DNA of 64,000 bases. Origin: Parcubacteria group bacterium GW2011_GWE2_39_37 (lineage in GTDB: Bacteria > Patescibacteriota > Patescibacteriia > Patescibacteriales > GWE2-39-37). Below, piece after piece: positions 42,480 through 52,639 of this stretch; position 1 is the stretch's first letter, and every line of letters starts with the position of its first letter. Made by a program: the position numbers and the translations under genes. The stretch lies in contig LBWY01000010.1 of assembly GCA_000995135.1 (NCBI GenBank), positions 10,382-74,381 of the forward strand. Direction: 5' to 3'. Below the pieces are notes generated by a model. It was not told the origin of the DNA. It did no database searches and saw only the letters and a program-made list of their open reading frames with translations.

Positions 42480-43580
42480 ATGAGTGAAAATATTGAAGCA
42501 ATTAAATATTCTGTTGCGCTAAATCATTTTCCCAAATTCGGCCCGGTTCGATTCAAAAGATTAACCCAATACTTCCCTACTCCCAAGGAAGCTTTTTTTG
42601 CTCCAGTCAAAGAACTGATGGCGGCAGGAATAGAAGAAAATATCGCCTACGAATTCCAAGCTGTCAGATTAAATATCAATCCAGAAAAAATAATGGAAAG
42701 AATGGAAAAAGAAGGAGTAAGGGCAATGTTACTGGATGATAATGACTATTCAAGCCGATTGTTAAAAATTTATAACCCTCCGCCCGTGATCTATTACAAG
42801 GGCGAGGCAAAAGCTGAGGAGCTTTGTATCGGTATTGTCGGCACCAGAAAGTTCAGTGCCTATGGCAAGCAAACAACAGATCAGCTAACCAAAGAACTGG
42901 CGCGAAATGGTTTGACCATTGTCAGCGGCCTTGCCTTGGGCATCGATGCCTTGGCCCATTTTGCAACCCTGGAGGCAGATGGTCGTACGATTGCCGTTTT
43001 GGGTTCTGGCCTCGACCGACAAAACATTTATCCCGCTTCCAACCGCTACTTGGCAGAGAAAATAATCGCCGAAGGCGGACAGCTCATTTCTGAATACCCT
43101 TGCGGTACACAGCCGTTAAAACATCATTTTCCGCAACGCAACCGGATCGTTTCCGGCCTCAGCGTGGGTGTATTAGTTATTGAAGCGGCTGAAAAATCAG
43201 GCGCCATCATCACCAGTAAATTTGCCTTGGAGCAGAATCGAGAAGTTTTTGCCGTTCCTGGAAGTATATTTTCCACGGTTTCGGCCGGCACCAATCAGCT
43301 TATCAAAGAAGGAGCTATTCCGGTTACTGCCGCCAATGACATTTTGACCGCCCTTGACTTATCCGCCGCAACATTTTATATTGAAAGCAAAAAAATCATT
43401 CCTGAAACAGATGAGGAAAAAACCATCCTCTCTTTTTTAAATTCCGAAGCTCGACACATTGACGAACTATCAAGGCTGACCCGACTGCAACCCAGTGCCC
43501 TCTCCAGCACCCTTATGATCATGGAAATGAAAGGCATGGTAAAGAATCTGGGAGGAATGCAGTATGTATTGTCATCTTAA
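42480..43580 (+). CDS. dprA: DNA processing protein DprA/Smf
   Basis: IGIVGTRKFSAYG, VSGLALGIDALAH, PQRNRIVSGLS and VIEAAEKSGA, plus a C-terminal winged-helix region. Confidence 0.9.
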   Translation: MSENIEAIKYSVALNHFPKFGPVRFKRLTQYFPTPKEAFFAPVKELMAAGIEENIAYEFQAVRLNINPEKIMERMEKEGVRAMLLDDNDYSSRLLKIYNPPPVIYYKGEAKAEELCIGIVGTRKFSAYGKQTTDQLTKELARNGLTIVSGLALGIDALAHFATLEADGRTIAVLGSGLDRQNIYPASNRYLAEKIIAEGGQLISEYPCGTQPLKHHFPQRNRIVSGLSVGVLVIEAAEKSGAIITSKFALEQNREVFAVPGSIFSTVSAGTNQLIKEGAIPVTAANDILTALDLSAATFYIESKKIIPETDEEKTILSFLNSEARHIDELSRLTRLQPSALSSTLMIMEMKGMVKNLGGMQYVLSS

Positions 43581-43607
43581 ATTACAACTAAGTTTTTATT
43601 ATAATAA

Positions 43608-43714
43608 TTTCTAATTTTCAATTTCTAATTTCTAAACAATTTTTCAATGACTAAATTTTAAAATTGAAAAATTAAAGCATTGTTTAAAAATTGAAAATTT
43701 AATAATTGAAAATT
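43608..43714. repeat. AT-rich palindromic element (TTGAAAATT family), copy 2
   Basis: tttctaattttcaatttctaatttctaaacaatttttcaatgac ... gcattgtttaaaaattgaaaatttaataattgaaaatt. Abuts the topA start. Confidence 0.7.
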
Positions 43715-43720
43715 AATCTT

Positions 43721-45985
43721 ATGAATCTAGTCATCGTCGAATCTCCAACCAAGGCCAAAACTATCGGTAAATTCTTGAAGAGCGGCTACAAAATCGAATC
43801 TTCATTTGGCCATATCAGGGATCTGCCTAAGGGCGATCTCGGCGTTGATGTGGAAAACAATTATCAGCCTAAATACGTCATTCCGACCAAATCCAGAAAA
43901 CTGGTCACCAGTTTAAAAAAACTTGCAGCCAAGGCCGACAAGGTCATTCTAGCATCCGATGAAGACCGCGAAGGAGAAGCGATCGCCTGGCATTTGGCGG
44001 AAGCCTTAGATTTGAACAAGCAGCCGGAAAAGATAGAAAGAATCGCTTTCCATGAAATTACCGAAGGCGCAATCCGGGAAGCGCTTGCCCACCCTCGTGC
44101 AATCGACATGCCTATGGTCAATGCCCAACAGGCCAGAAGAATACTGGATCGGCTGGTCGGCTATAAGCTCTCTCCTTTTCTTTGGAAAAAAGTGGTAAAA
44201 GGTTTATCCGCCGGACGTGTACAAAGCGTTGCGGTTCGTTTGACTGTGGATCGAGAAAGAGAAATTCAGAAATTCGAAGCCCAAGAATATTGGGGTATCG
44301 AAGCATTATTAAAAACAAATAATAACGAAAACTTTTCTGTACGACTGAATAAACTGGACGGAAAAGTGATCGATAAATTCGCTTTCAAAAATCAAGCAGA
44401 AGCAGATGATGTTTTAGCTGAATTAAAAGGATCAACATACTTAGTCAAAGAAGTTAAAAACCGTCAAACCAAAAAAAGCCCGCCCAAGCCTTTCACCACC
44501 TCTTCACTGCAGCAAACAGCCAATCGCATGCTCGGTTACAGCGCTAAACAAACGATGATGCTTGCACAACAGCTTTACGAAGGCATTGACCTGGCCGGCG
44601 AAGGTCACGTAGGTTTGATTACTTACATGAGAACCGATTCACTAAATCTATCAGAAAAATTTTTGAATGATTCTAAGGAATATCTCGAAGCTAATCTGGG
44701 AGAAAAATATTCTCTAAAAACCGCACGTATCTTTAAGACAAAATCCAAAGGCGCACAAGAAGCGCACGAAGCGATTCGACCATCCGAGGCCAATCGTCAC
44801 CCAGACCAGATAAAAGATTCTTTGAATAGCAATCAATATCGATTGTACAAGCTTATCTGGCAAAGAGCGGTAGCAAGCCAGATGCCGGAAGCTATTGTCA
44901 GTGCCACGGATATTGATGTCGATGCAATAAAGGACAAAAACGCCAAATACCAATTCCGCGCCAGCGGACAAACCATAGAGTTCGATGGTTATCTTAAAAT
45001 TTATCCGGAAAAAAGTGCAGAAATTGATTTGCCAAAAGTGAAAAGCCAAGAAGAGTTGTCATTGGAAAAAATCAATGCAGAACAACACTTCACCAAACCG
45101 CCAGCTCGTTACAGCGATGCCGGCCTGGTCAAAGCTTTGGAACGCTATGGCATCGGCCGTCCGTCCACCTACGCACCAACTATTGCCACTATTGAGGCAC
45201 GCAACTATGTCGAGCGTGATGAAGCAAAACGCTTGAAACCGACAGACATTGCCTTTACCGTCAACGATCTGCTAGTTGCTCATTTCCCTAATATTGTAGA
45301 CTTTGATTTCACCGCCAAGATGGAAAATGAATTGGACGAGATTGCAAAAGGCAGCCGGGAATGGCAGCCGGTAATCGGTGATTTTTACGTGCCTTTCAGT
45401 GAAAATCTAGAAATAAAATATAAAGAAGTTAACAAGGACGAGGTAGTACCGGAAGAAAAAACTGAAGAAATCTGTGAAAAATGCGGCTCCCCGATGATCA
45501 TCAAGACCGGCCGTTTCGGCAAATTCTTGGCCTGTTCCAACTTCCCTGAATGCCGCAATATAAAATCTATCGGAGCGGACGGTAAAGCGAAAGATGAAGA
45601 AAAAAGCGAAAAACTAAAGCAGTTGGAAGAAAAATATAAAGATGAGGTTTGCTCAAAATGCGGTACGCCGATGATTGTCAAAACCGGACGTTTCGGACCA
45701 TTTCTTGCTTGCGGAAACTACCCTAAATGTAAAAATATCAAAGGCATTGATAAAGAAAGCGACAAAACCGGCATCGCCTGCCCTGTCTGTGGCAAGGGTG
45801 AAATTATGGCCAAACGCAGTCGCCGTGGCGTCTTTTATGCCTGTAATCAATACCCAGATTGCAAGACATCTTTTTCTACCAAACCCACCGGAGAGAAATG
45901 CCCCGAATGCGGCGCCCTGGTGGTCGAAGGCAAGAATGAAGGTGAAGTGAAATGCAGCGCCAAAGGTTGCAGCTATAAAAAATAA
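43721..45985 (+). CDS. topA: DNA topoisomerase I with four C-terminal zinc-ribbon repeats
   Basis: LVIVESPTKAKTI Toprim, ITYMRTDS active-site Tyr region and repeated CxxC...CxxC fingers. Start taken at MNLVIVES. Confidence 0.93.
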   Translation: MNLVIVESPTKAKTIGKFLKSGYKIESSFGHIRDLPKGDLGVDVENNYQPKYVIPTKSRKLVTSLKKLAAKADKVILASDEDREGEAIAWHLAEALDLNKQPEKIERIAFHEITEGAIREALAHPRAIDMPMVNAQQARRILDRLVGYKLSPFLWKKVVKGLSAGRVQSVAVRLTVDREREIQKFEAQEYWGIEALLKTNNNENFSVRLNKLDGKVIDKFAFKNQAEADDVLAELKGSTYLVKEVKNRQTKKSPPKPFTTSSLQQTANRMLGYSAKQTMMLAQQLYEGIDLAGEGHVGLITYMRTDSLNLSEKFLNDSKEYLEANLGEKYSLKTARIFKTKSKGAQEAHEAIRPSEANRHPDQIKDSLNSNQYRLYKLIWQRAVASQMPEAIVSATDIDVDAIKDKNAKYQFRASGQTIEFDGYLKIYPEKSAEIDLPKVKSQEELSLEKINAEQHFTKPPARYSDAGLVKALERYGIGRPSTYAPTIATIEARNYVERDEAKRLKPTDIAFTVNDLLVAHFPNIVDFDFTAKMENELDEIAKGSREWQPVIGDFYVPFSENLEIKYKEVNKDEVVPEEKTEEICEKCGSPMIIKTGRFGKFLACSNFPECRNIKSIGADGKAKDEEKSEKLKQLEEKYKDEVCSKCGTPMIVKTGRFGPFLACGNYPKCKNIKGIDKESDKTGIACPVCGKGEIMAKRSRRGVFYACNQYPDCKTSFSTKPTGEKCPECGALVVEGKNEGEVKCSAKGCSYKK

Positions 45986-46024
45986 TTTCTTAGATTTTTA
46001 TATCATGATTCCAGGAGGGGTGAA

Positions 46025-46336
46025 ATGATCGATCATTCAAACTTAGTAGTGAAAATCAAAGAAGGTGAAAGAATTTCTGGATTACCGCCGGAATTAGAGG
46101 TACTATATCTGGGTAAGACAAATGATGGTTTGTTTATCATTCATGCCCAGGGTGAACAAGAACATATCTTTCTCGGAATGAAAGATGAAATAAAAATGAC
46201 TGCCTTCAAAAAGATCAGACAAGCAATGACAACCATTTATCTCACCCCGTATCAGTTTGTCGTTTTTAGTGGTCGACCAGCATTGAATCTTTATCGAGGC
46301 CATATACTGACCCAACTTGAACCGATCAGAGCATAG
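46025..46336 (+). CDS. hypothetical 103-aa protein
   Basis: AGGAGGGGTGAA directly precedes the ATG. A terminator follows. Confidence 0.5.
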   Translation: MIDHSNLVVKIKEGERISGLPPELEVLYLGKTNDGLFIIHAQGEQEHIFLGMKDEIKMTAFKKIRQAMTTIYLTPYQFVVFSGRPALNLYRGHILTQLEPIRA

Positions 46337-46359
46337 CTGCCAGCCAAGGCAGCTTTTTT
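46335..46359 (+). terminator. Rho-independent terminator
   Basis: AGCTGCC-agccaa-GGCAGCT followed by TTTTT. Confidence 0.65.
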
Positions 46360-46396
46360 AATTGTCTAAATCAATAATTATTGTTAAGATTTATTT

Positions 46397-47386
46397 ATGC
46401 GACAGCCAAAAATAATAAAAATTCTAAAAAAAATAACCCCGGCAATCGGAGCCAAACTAATCATTGAACCAGAATTCGGACATGTCGGTCAGATCATTTT
46501 TAAGAACGGCAAAAAAACTCTTTTCCGCAATCATGTTTTTAATATTAATGGCCTGGGAGCTGCCAAGGTGGCAAAAGATAAAGGTTATAGCAAATTTTTT
46601 TTAAAAAAATTCGGTTATCAAGTGTGCGAGGGACAGGTTTTTTATAGCAAGGAGTTTTGCCAAGTCATCAAAAGTAAGCGCGATATTGCAGCCGGCTTGG
46701 CTTACGCAAAAAAGATCGGCTTCCCTGTCATTATCAAGCCCAACGATTTGAGTCAGGGCAATCTAGTAGCTAAAGTACACAATGCAAAAGACTACAGCGT
46801 AATGGCAAATAAAATATTCAAGGAAACTGATGTGATGATGGTGGAAAAATATTATCCTGGCAACGACTATCGTGTTGTCGTTCTGGATGGCAGAGTGATT
46901 TCTGCTTATCAAAGAATTCCTTTGTCGTTGATCGGTGATGGCAAAAAAACTATTTTTGAGCTAATTAGCCAAAAACAAAAACATTACAGATCTTTAGGCA
47001 GAGCCAATCATTTTCTTGATGATTTCAGGATCAAGATGAACCTCAAGCAAAAAGGCTTTACAAAGGATTCCATTTTAAAAAATAAAGAAAAAATATATTT
47101 ACTAGATAATGCAAATCTTTCAACAGGAGGTGAAGCGATTGATGTAACAGAAAAAATCCATCCTGACTTTAAAAAGTTAGCGATAAACATTACCAAGGAT
47201 ATGGACCTGCGGCTCTGCGGCGTTGATCTGATTAATGCCGAAATTACCAAGCCATTGAAAGATTATGCTATAATTGAAGTTAACGCTGCGCCCGGTCTAG
47301 ATAATTATGCTTCAATAGGAAAAACCCAGAATGAAATAGTTGAAAAACTATATTTAAAAATCTTAAAAGCTTTGGAAAAAAATTAA
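46397..47386 (+). CDS. stand-alone ATP-grasp enzyme resembling the cyanophycin synthetase G-domain
   Basis: FPVIIKPNDLSQGN, VEKYYPGNDYRVVVLDGRVISAYQRIP, ANLSTGGEAIDVT..HPD and IIEVNAAPGL. Confidence 0.7.
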   Translation: MRQPKIIKILKKITPAIGAKLIIEPEFGHVGQIIFKNGKKTLFRNHVFNINGLGAAKVAKDKGYSKFFLKKFGYQVCEGQVFYSKEFCQVIKSKRDIAAGLAYAKKIGFPVIIKPNDLSQGNLVAKVHNAKDYSVMANKIFKETDVMMVEKYYPGNDYRVVVLDGRVISAYQRIPLSLIGDGKKTIFELISQKQKHYRSLGRANHFLDDFRIKMNLKQKGFTKDSILKNKEKIYLLDNANLSTGGEAIDVTEKIHPDFKKLAINITKDMDLRLCGVDLINAEITKPLKDYAIIEVNAAPGLDNYASIGKTQNEIVEKLYLKILKALEKN

Positions 47387-47388
47387 CT

Positions 47389-47697
47389 ATGAAATTCATA
47401 ATTCTCTACATTACATATCCTGATCTCAAAACAGCAAAAACCATTTCCAACCGATTGCTCAAGCAAAAACTAGTTGCTTGTGTAAATTTTATGCCAATTA
47501 CCAGCAGCTACATCTGGCAAGGAAAAATCAAGAATACGAAAGAGATTGTTGCCTTGACTAAAACCAAGACCGAAAACTGGAGAAGAATTAAAAAAGAGAT
47601 CGAAAAACTTCACCCATATGATATCCCCTGCGTCATAAAGATAGAAGCCGAAGCCAACAAAGAATACGTAAAATGGATAGAATCCGAAACAAAATAG
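47389..47697 (+). CDS. cutA: divalent-cation tolerance protein CutA
   Basis: LVACVN...SSYIWQGKI...E...KT....W..I...I..LHPYD.P pattern. Confidence 0.8.
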   Translation: MKFIILYITYPDLKTAKTISNRLLKQKLVACVNFMPITSSYIWQGKIKNTKEIVALTKTKTENWRRIKKEIEKLHPYDIPCVIKIEAEANKEYVKWIESETK

Positions 47698-47704
47698 TTC
47701 TCTT

Positions 47705-47741
47705 TGTCATTGCGAGGACCAGAGGGACGTGGCAATCTCAG
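47705..47741. repeat. GTCATTGC...GCAATC hairpin repeat (forward)
   Basis: gtcATTGCgaggaccagagggacgtgGCAATctcagg. Confidence 0.7.
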
Positions 47742-47788
47742 GTCAGCAGAAACAAACATAACCATTGAAAAAACCTTTTACCTTTCAA

Positions 47789-47839
47789 CCTGAGATTGCC
47801 ACCCCCGGATTAAGTCGTGGCTAAGGCGGTTGCAATGAC
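47789..47839. repeat. GTCATTGC...GCAATC hairpin repeat (inverted)
   Basis: cctgagATTGCcacccccggattaagtcgtggctaaggcggttGCAATgac. Confidence 0.7.
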
Positions 47840-47857
47840 AAATAATTTTTTCTAAGT

Positions 47858-47892
47858 AAAAAAATACTCTGAATCAAATCAGAGTATTTTTA
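47858..47892. terminator. bidirectional terminator
   Basis: aaaaaaATACTCTGAatcaaaTCAGAGTATtttt. Confidence 0.7.
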
Positions 47893-47899
47893 TTGTAAA

Positions 47900-48193
47900 T
47901 TATTTTTTCTTAGAATTTTTCTTAGAATAACTCCTTGCCATTTCAACCAATTTTTTTACTCCCTCACCGATCAAGAGTAAATATGAAGTGCTGTGCTCTA
48001 TCTTGTCTTTAAACGCTACGATGAGGTCGTCAACCTTGTTAATCCTTTCATGCATCTCTCTAGTCATCTTAAAAGCCTCCCTCATCAACATTGCCACGTA
48101 ATATATGAACCAAGCGATGAAGATAGTCAGCCAAAGGATGCAAAAAGCTAAAACAATATTTAGTAGATCGCGACTGTCTTGGATTAAATACAT
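47900..48193 (-). CDS. hypothetical small membrane protein (97 aa)
   Basis: One long hydrophobic segment and a basic C-terminus. Confidence 0.45.
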   Translation of the reverse strand: MYLIQDSRDLLNIVLAFCILWLTIFIAWFIYYVAMLMREAFKMTREMHERINKVDDLIVAFKDKIEHSTSYLLLIGEGVKKLVEMARSYSKKNSKKK

Positions 48194-48246
48194 ATGGATC
48201 TTTTATCGAATCAATTATATGATCCGATGAAATAATTTAGAAATTA

Positions 48247-50670
48247 TTAAAAGTTTCTTATTTTTGCTTCGAATCTTTCTTCCAATCTTTTTAATAATTC
48301 CGCCTGGATCTGATCGACTTCTGCAGTAGTCAAGGTCCTGTCGGCTTGATATACGACATGGAACGCAAGACTTTTCTTGTTTTCTCCGAGCTTGCCGCCA
48401 TGGAAGACGTCAAATAATTCCACTTTCTTTATCAGCTGATTAAAGTTGATTATTTCAGCCCTAATATCACTATACAATACATTTTCATTTATCACAAAGG
48501 CCAGATCTCTGACCAACGGAGGAAATTTTTCAAACTCTTCAAAAAGTTTTACATTTTGCTTCTTGTATAATGCAAGCAGCTGCCTCAAACTCAGTTCTAT
48601 AACTACAGTTTCTTTTTTCAGTCCGATATTTTTGGCGATTTTATTATCAACCTTGGCAACCGAGCCAATAATCTTGTCGGCAACGCTTATATCTGCGACC
48701 TCTGCCTTATCAGCCCAATTAAAAGAGAATTCGTCGATTTTCCAACCTACCTCAAGATTCAATGAACTCATCAATAATTCTACGATACCCTTGCCTTTTC
48801 TGAACAAACCTTCTTTGTTATCGCTAGCCAAGACGATGCCGATTCTTTTCTCTTGATAAGGCAGATTGTCATTGCTTTGATTGTCTTTTTTTATCTCGCT
48901 ATCAATTGATAAAAAAACGCTTCCAACCTCGAATAGACCGAACTCTTTAAAGCGTGCTTGGTTATTTTTTACATTTTCTAATAAATTAGGCACTAAAGTT
49001 TGGCGCATCATCGTTTGGTGTGAAGCTATCGGATTTGCAAGCTTCAAATATGATGAGCTATCGATGAAAAGTTTCTTCAATTGATCTTCGCCGACAAATG
49101 AATAATTATAAACTTCATGCAGATTGCCCCCCTTGGATAATAATTCTTTTATTCTTCTTTCCAAAGTCCTTTCTTCATTCTTTTCCGGAGGTAACATTTC
49201 TACCTTTGGCATCAAGGATCTGATGTTATTGAAGCCATGGATCCTAGCCACTTCCTCCGCCAAATCTTCTGCGATTGAAATATCTCTGGTAGCACGCCAA
49301 CTTGGAACACTGACTATCAATTCATCATTTTTCTCTTTTATTTCAAAGCCAAGATTTGTAAGGATTTCTATAACACGTCCTTTGCCCAAATCTTCACCGA
49401 TAATCTTTTGTAACCAATCCAGCCTCAACTGAATCTGCTTGGATAAAAATTTCTTCTTGCCGGGGAAAATATCGATTATTTCACTGACGATACTTGCCTT
49501 GGGACATATTTCCAGAGTCAACTCAATAGCTCTTGCCAAGGCAGTCTCTGCCAATAAAGGATCAATTCCCTTTTCAAAACGCATTGAAGATTCAGTTCGA
49601 AGATTGAGCTTCTGACTAGTCTTTCTGGTTGAAACAAAATCAAAATTCGCAGATTCAAAAACAATGCTCGTGGTTTCATCCGAGATTTCGCTATTGGCGC
49701 CGCCCATTACACCAGCCACTGCTAATGGTTTCTTGCTATCCGCTATTACCAACATCTCTTCCGCCAAATTACGTTTATTACCATCCAAGGTTTCAAGCAC
49801 TTCTCCCTTTTTCGCTGCCCTGATTATTATTTTATCCACTAATTTCTGATCGAAAGCATGCATCGGCTGACCCAGTTCAAGCATAACATAGTTGGTTATA
49901 TCAACGATATTATTGATCGGTCTCACCCCGGCAGCAATCAGTTTTTGCTGCATCCAGTTGGGTGAAGATTCAACCTTGATGCCTTCAATAGCGGCTGCCA
50001 TATATCTGTTGCAAAGATCCCCTGCTTCAACTTTAACATTAAGCTTGATTCCGCCAGTTATTTTTTTATGTTTTTTTTCCGAAGGCTTATAAGCAGTAAA
50101 TTTAGTTGATAGTATGGCAGAAATTTCTCTCGCCATCCCCATATGGCTCCATAGATCAGGCCGATTGGTCAAAGATTTGTTGTCTACCTCAAAAATCGTA
50201 TCATCCAGATGCAGATGTTTGGCAAAACTTTGTCCGATCTTGGCATTAGCCTCCAGAATCAGAATGCCTGAATGATCATCACCTAAACCGAGCTCATCGG
50301 CAGCACACAGCATGCCTTGTGATTTTTCTCCCCTGACTTCTGCCTCTTTGATTTCTAGGCCATTCGGCAATACAGCACCGATCATCGCTACCGGCACTAG
50401 TTGTCCAACCTCGATATTTGAAGCGCCACAGACGATGTTTAATACTTCTTTTCCGCCTACATCAACTTTGGTCAACTGCAATCTGTCAGCATTAGGATGA
50501 CGGCTGATTTCCAAAATCTTGCCGATTATCACCTTATCAAATTTTTTCGCTTGGTCGGTTATATTTTCAACCTCAACCGTATGCAAAGTCAGACGGGCAG
50601 CTAGCTCCTCAGAAGAAATATTATTAGGAATTTTTACGAAATCTTTTAGCCAATTTAAAGATAGATACAT
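48247..50670 (-). CDS. pheT: phenylalanine--tRNA ligase beta subunit
   Basis: N-terminal tRNA-binding domain, B3/4, B5 and a C-terminal FDX-ACB-like domain. Adjacent to pheS. Confidence 0.93.
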   Translation of the reverse strand: MYLSLNWLKDFVKIPNNISSEELAARLTLHTVEVENITDQAKKFDKVIIGKILEISRHPNADRLQLTKVDVGGKEVLNIVCGASNIEVGQLVPVAMIGAVLPNGLEIKEAEVRGEKSQGMLCAADELGLGDDHSGILILEANAKIGQSFAKHLHLDDTIFEVDNKSLTNRPDLWSHMGMAREISAILSTKFTAYKPSEKKHKKITGGIKLNVKVEAGDLCNRYMAAAIEGIKVESSPNWMQQKLIAAGVRPINNIVDITNYVMLELGQPMHAFDQKLVDKIIIRAAKKGEVLETLDGNKRNLAEEMLVIADSKKPLAVAGVMGGANSEISDETTSIVFESANFDFVSTRKTSQKLNLRTESSMRFEKGIDPLLAETALARAIELTLEICPKASIVSEIIDIFPGKKKFLSKQIQLRLDWLQKIIGEDLGKGRVIEILTNLGFEIKEKNDELIVSVPSWRATRDISIAEDLAEEVARIHGFNNIRSLMPKVEMLPPEKNEERTLERRIKELLSKGGNLHEVYNYSFVGEDQLKKLFIDSSSYLKLANPIASHQTMMRQTLVPNLLENVKNNQARFKEFGLFEVGSVFLSIDSEIKKDNQSNDNLPYQEKRIGIVLASDNKEGLFRKGKGIVELLMSSLNLEVGWKIDEFSFNWADKAEVADISVADKIIGSVAKVDNKIAKNIGLKKETVVIELSLRQLLALYKKQNVKLFEEFEKFPPLVRDLAFVINENVLYSDIRAEIINFNQLIKKVELFDVFHGGKLGENKKSLAFHVVYQADRTLTTAEVDQIQAELLKRLEERFEAKIRNF

Positions 50671-50734
50671 ATTACTTTATAAATTAAATAATTTTCTGCG
50701 TTACTCTGTGTTTATTCTGCATTATTCCTGCGCA

Positions 50735-51760
50735 TCAAAACTGTTCCAAAAATCTTAAATCATCACTCTGCAACAATCTGATGTCACCGATACCGTATTT
50801 TAACATTACCAAACGAGTGAGGCCGAAACCGAAGGCAAAGCCGGTATATTTTTTTGCATCGATTCCTCCGGCTTTCAAGACATTCGGATGGATCATGCCG
50901 GAACCGAAAATTTCCAGCCAACCGGTGTCTTTGCATAAACGGCAACCTTTGCCGCCGCAAATAAAACAGGTCACTTCCCCGTTGGCTCCAGGCTCAACAA
51001 ATGGATAAAACTTAGGGCGGAGCCGTACTTGCGTTTCCGGGCCATAAAGATGTTTAGCGACTGTTTCCAAAACTGATTTCATATTAGCCAGACTAATACC
51101 TTCACCGACCATTACGCCTTCCAATTGATAAAATGTGTGTTCGTGACGCACATCTGTTGCCTCTGAACGAAAACATCTGCCAGGAATAACACATCTCATC
51201 GGGGCGCCATATTTCTGCATTGCTCGCACTTGCATGGAGGAGGTCTGAGTTCTCATCACCAAATCCAATTCACCTTCGTCATTTTTTTTGTCCACATAAA
51301 AAGTGTCTTGCATGTCTCTTGCCGGATGATGCTTGGGAATGTTCAGCGCTTCAAAGTTATAATAATCAGATTCCATTTCCGGTCCGTCCAAAACCATAAA
51401 ACCCATTGAAATGAATAAGTCTTCCAATTCATTCTGCACGATAGTCATCGGGTGGATATGGCCTTGGGGCAATTTGATACCCGGCAAAGTCGGGTCGACA
51501 AAACCGACGCTTTTCTTACCCTCAAGAATTTCAGCGACATTTTTAAAATTTTCCTGCAATTCCAATTTGATATCATTGGCAAGCTTGCCGATTGTTTTTC
51601 TTTCTTCGATACTCAAGCCAGTCAGGCTTCTCAAAATTTCTGTAAAGACACCTTTTCTGCCGAGGTATTTAACCTCTAGGTTCTGCCATTCTTCCAAGGA
51701 TTTTACCTTGGCCAGATTTTCCAAAATCTCATTTTTAATTTTTTCTAACTTCTCTTTCAT
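50735..51760 (-). CDS. pheS: phenylalanine--tRNA ligase alpha subunit
   Basis: HPARDMQDTFY, FRSEATDVRHEHTFYQLEG and GFAFGFGLTRLVM class II motifs. Confidence 0.93.
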   Translation of the reverse strand: MKEKLEKIKNEILENLAKVKSLEEWQNLEVKYLGRKGVFTEILRSLTGLSIEERKTIGKLANDIKLELQENFKNVAEILEGKKSVGFVDPTLPGIKLPQGHIHPMTIVQNELEDLFISMGFMVLDGPEMESDYYNFEALNIPKHHPARDMQDTFYVDKKNDEGELDLVMRTQTSSMQVRAMQKYGAPMRCVIPGRCFRSEATDVRHEHTFYQLEGVMVGEGISLANMKSVLETVAKHLYGPETQVRLRPKFYPFVEPGANGEVTCFICGGKGCRLCKDTGWLEIFGSGMIHPNVLKAGGIDAKKYTGFAFGFGLTRLVMLKYGIGDIRLLQSDDLRFLEQF

Positions 51761-51774
51761 ATATTTATTACTAT

Positions 51775-52155
51775 TTATACGACTTTTTTATTGCTTATTA
51801 AAAATAATTCCAAGGATGACAAGCCGATTATCAAAAAAACCAAATTAGTCCAACTGAACAAGCCTTTTGACAACAGAAATAACGCGGCGATCATCAAGAA
51901 AGCGAATAAAAATGATTGACGGAAAGCATCCTTTACCGAACGAAAAGCTAACTCATGTTTCAATAAGATGAAGCGCACCAGAAAACCGATAATAGCAGCG
52001 GTACCGGTAATGGCCAAAAATAAAGAGATAAAAAACAAGCTAAAACCAAGGAGATTGGTTGTTGTCGGGTTGATAGTAAACAAAATCATCCCCCACCCCA
52101 GCCAACACAGTGAAGTTGCAATCAGCATCGAAATTAAATATGTTCTTAAAGTCAT
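51775..52155 (-). CDS. hypothetical integral membrane protein (126 aa)
   Basis: Four hydrophobic helices. Confidence 0.5.
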   Translation of the reverse strand: MTLRTYLISMLIATSLCWLGWGMILFTINPTTTNLLGFSLFFISLFLAITGTAAIIGFLVRFILLKHELAFRSVKDAFRQSFLFAFLMIAALFLLSKGLFSWTNLVFLIIGLSSLELFLISNKKVV

Positions 52156-52194
52156 AATGTTCTATTCAAAATATCTTCCATCATTTAAATAAAA

Positions 52195-52261
52195 AATTGT
52201 TATATTGCTAAGTTGTTAAATTGTTAAAAATAATAACAATTTACCAATATAACAATTTAAC
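52195..52261. repeat. ATTGTTA-word inverted-repeat element, copy 4
   Basis: aattgttatattgctaagttgttaaattgtta ... taacaatttaccaatataacaatttaac. Lies 40 nt upstream of the start at 52155. Confidence 0.7.
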
Positions 52262-52321
52262 ATTTATCTATAAGCTTCCTTTATTGAACATTTAATATTT
52301 TACCACTAACTTTAGTTTTTT

Positions 52322-52615
52322 TCAAGTTAAATAGATGAATTTTTTTACTACAAAACCGGCTAATTCTTGATTGATAATTTTAATAATTTCGCTTTCCTTA
52401 GCCTTTATTTCATCAGTGGCAAATGACGACAACGAAGCCACCGCCAAACTGCCCTGGTTAAAATACATCGGCCGCACCTTATCACGCAAATCTCCTGGCA
52501 AGAGTTGATCAATCACTTTATTGAAGGATTCCAACACTTGCGCCTCCTCTACCCGCTTACCCAATCCGGAACGCTTGATCGTTTTTAAAAAAATTGATTG
52601 TATATCGTTGAACAT
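52322..52615 (-). CDS. DUF721 (DciA-like) family protein
   Basis: Length and pattern match the family: ...A.V...F.KV......L....RP..F..G.L.V...SS....E. Confidence 0.6.
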   Translation of the reverse strand: MFNDIQSIFLKTIKRSGLGKRVEEAQVLESFNKVIDQLLPGDLRDKVRPMYFNQGSLAVASLSSFATDEIKAKESEIIKIINQELAGFVVKKFIYLT

Positions 52616-52639
52616 AACAGCTTATAATTTTATAATTTA

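Noticed and set aside
46025-47386. RiPP (graspetide-type) precursor plus ATP-grasp pair.
   Set aside because: The ATP-grasp matches the cyanophycin-synthetase G-domain pattern rather than the microviridin type. The 103-aa ORF has no repeated Thr/Ser-Asp/Glu core motif. A terminator separates the two genes.
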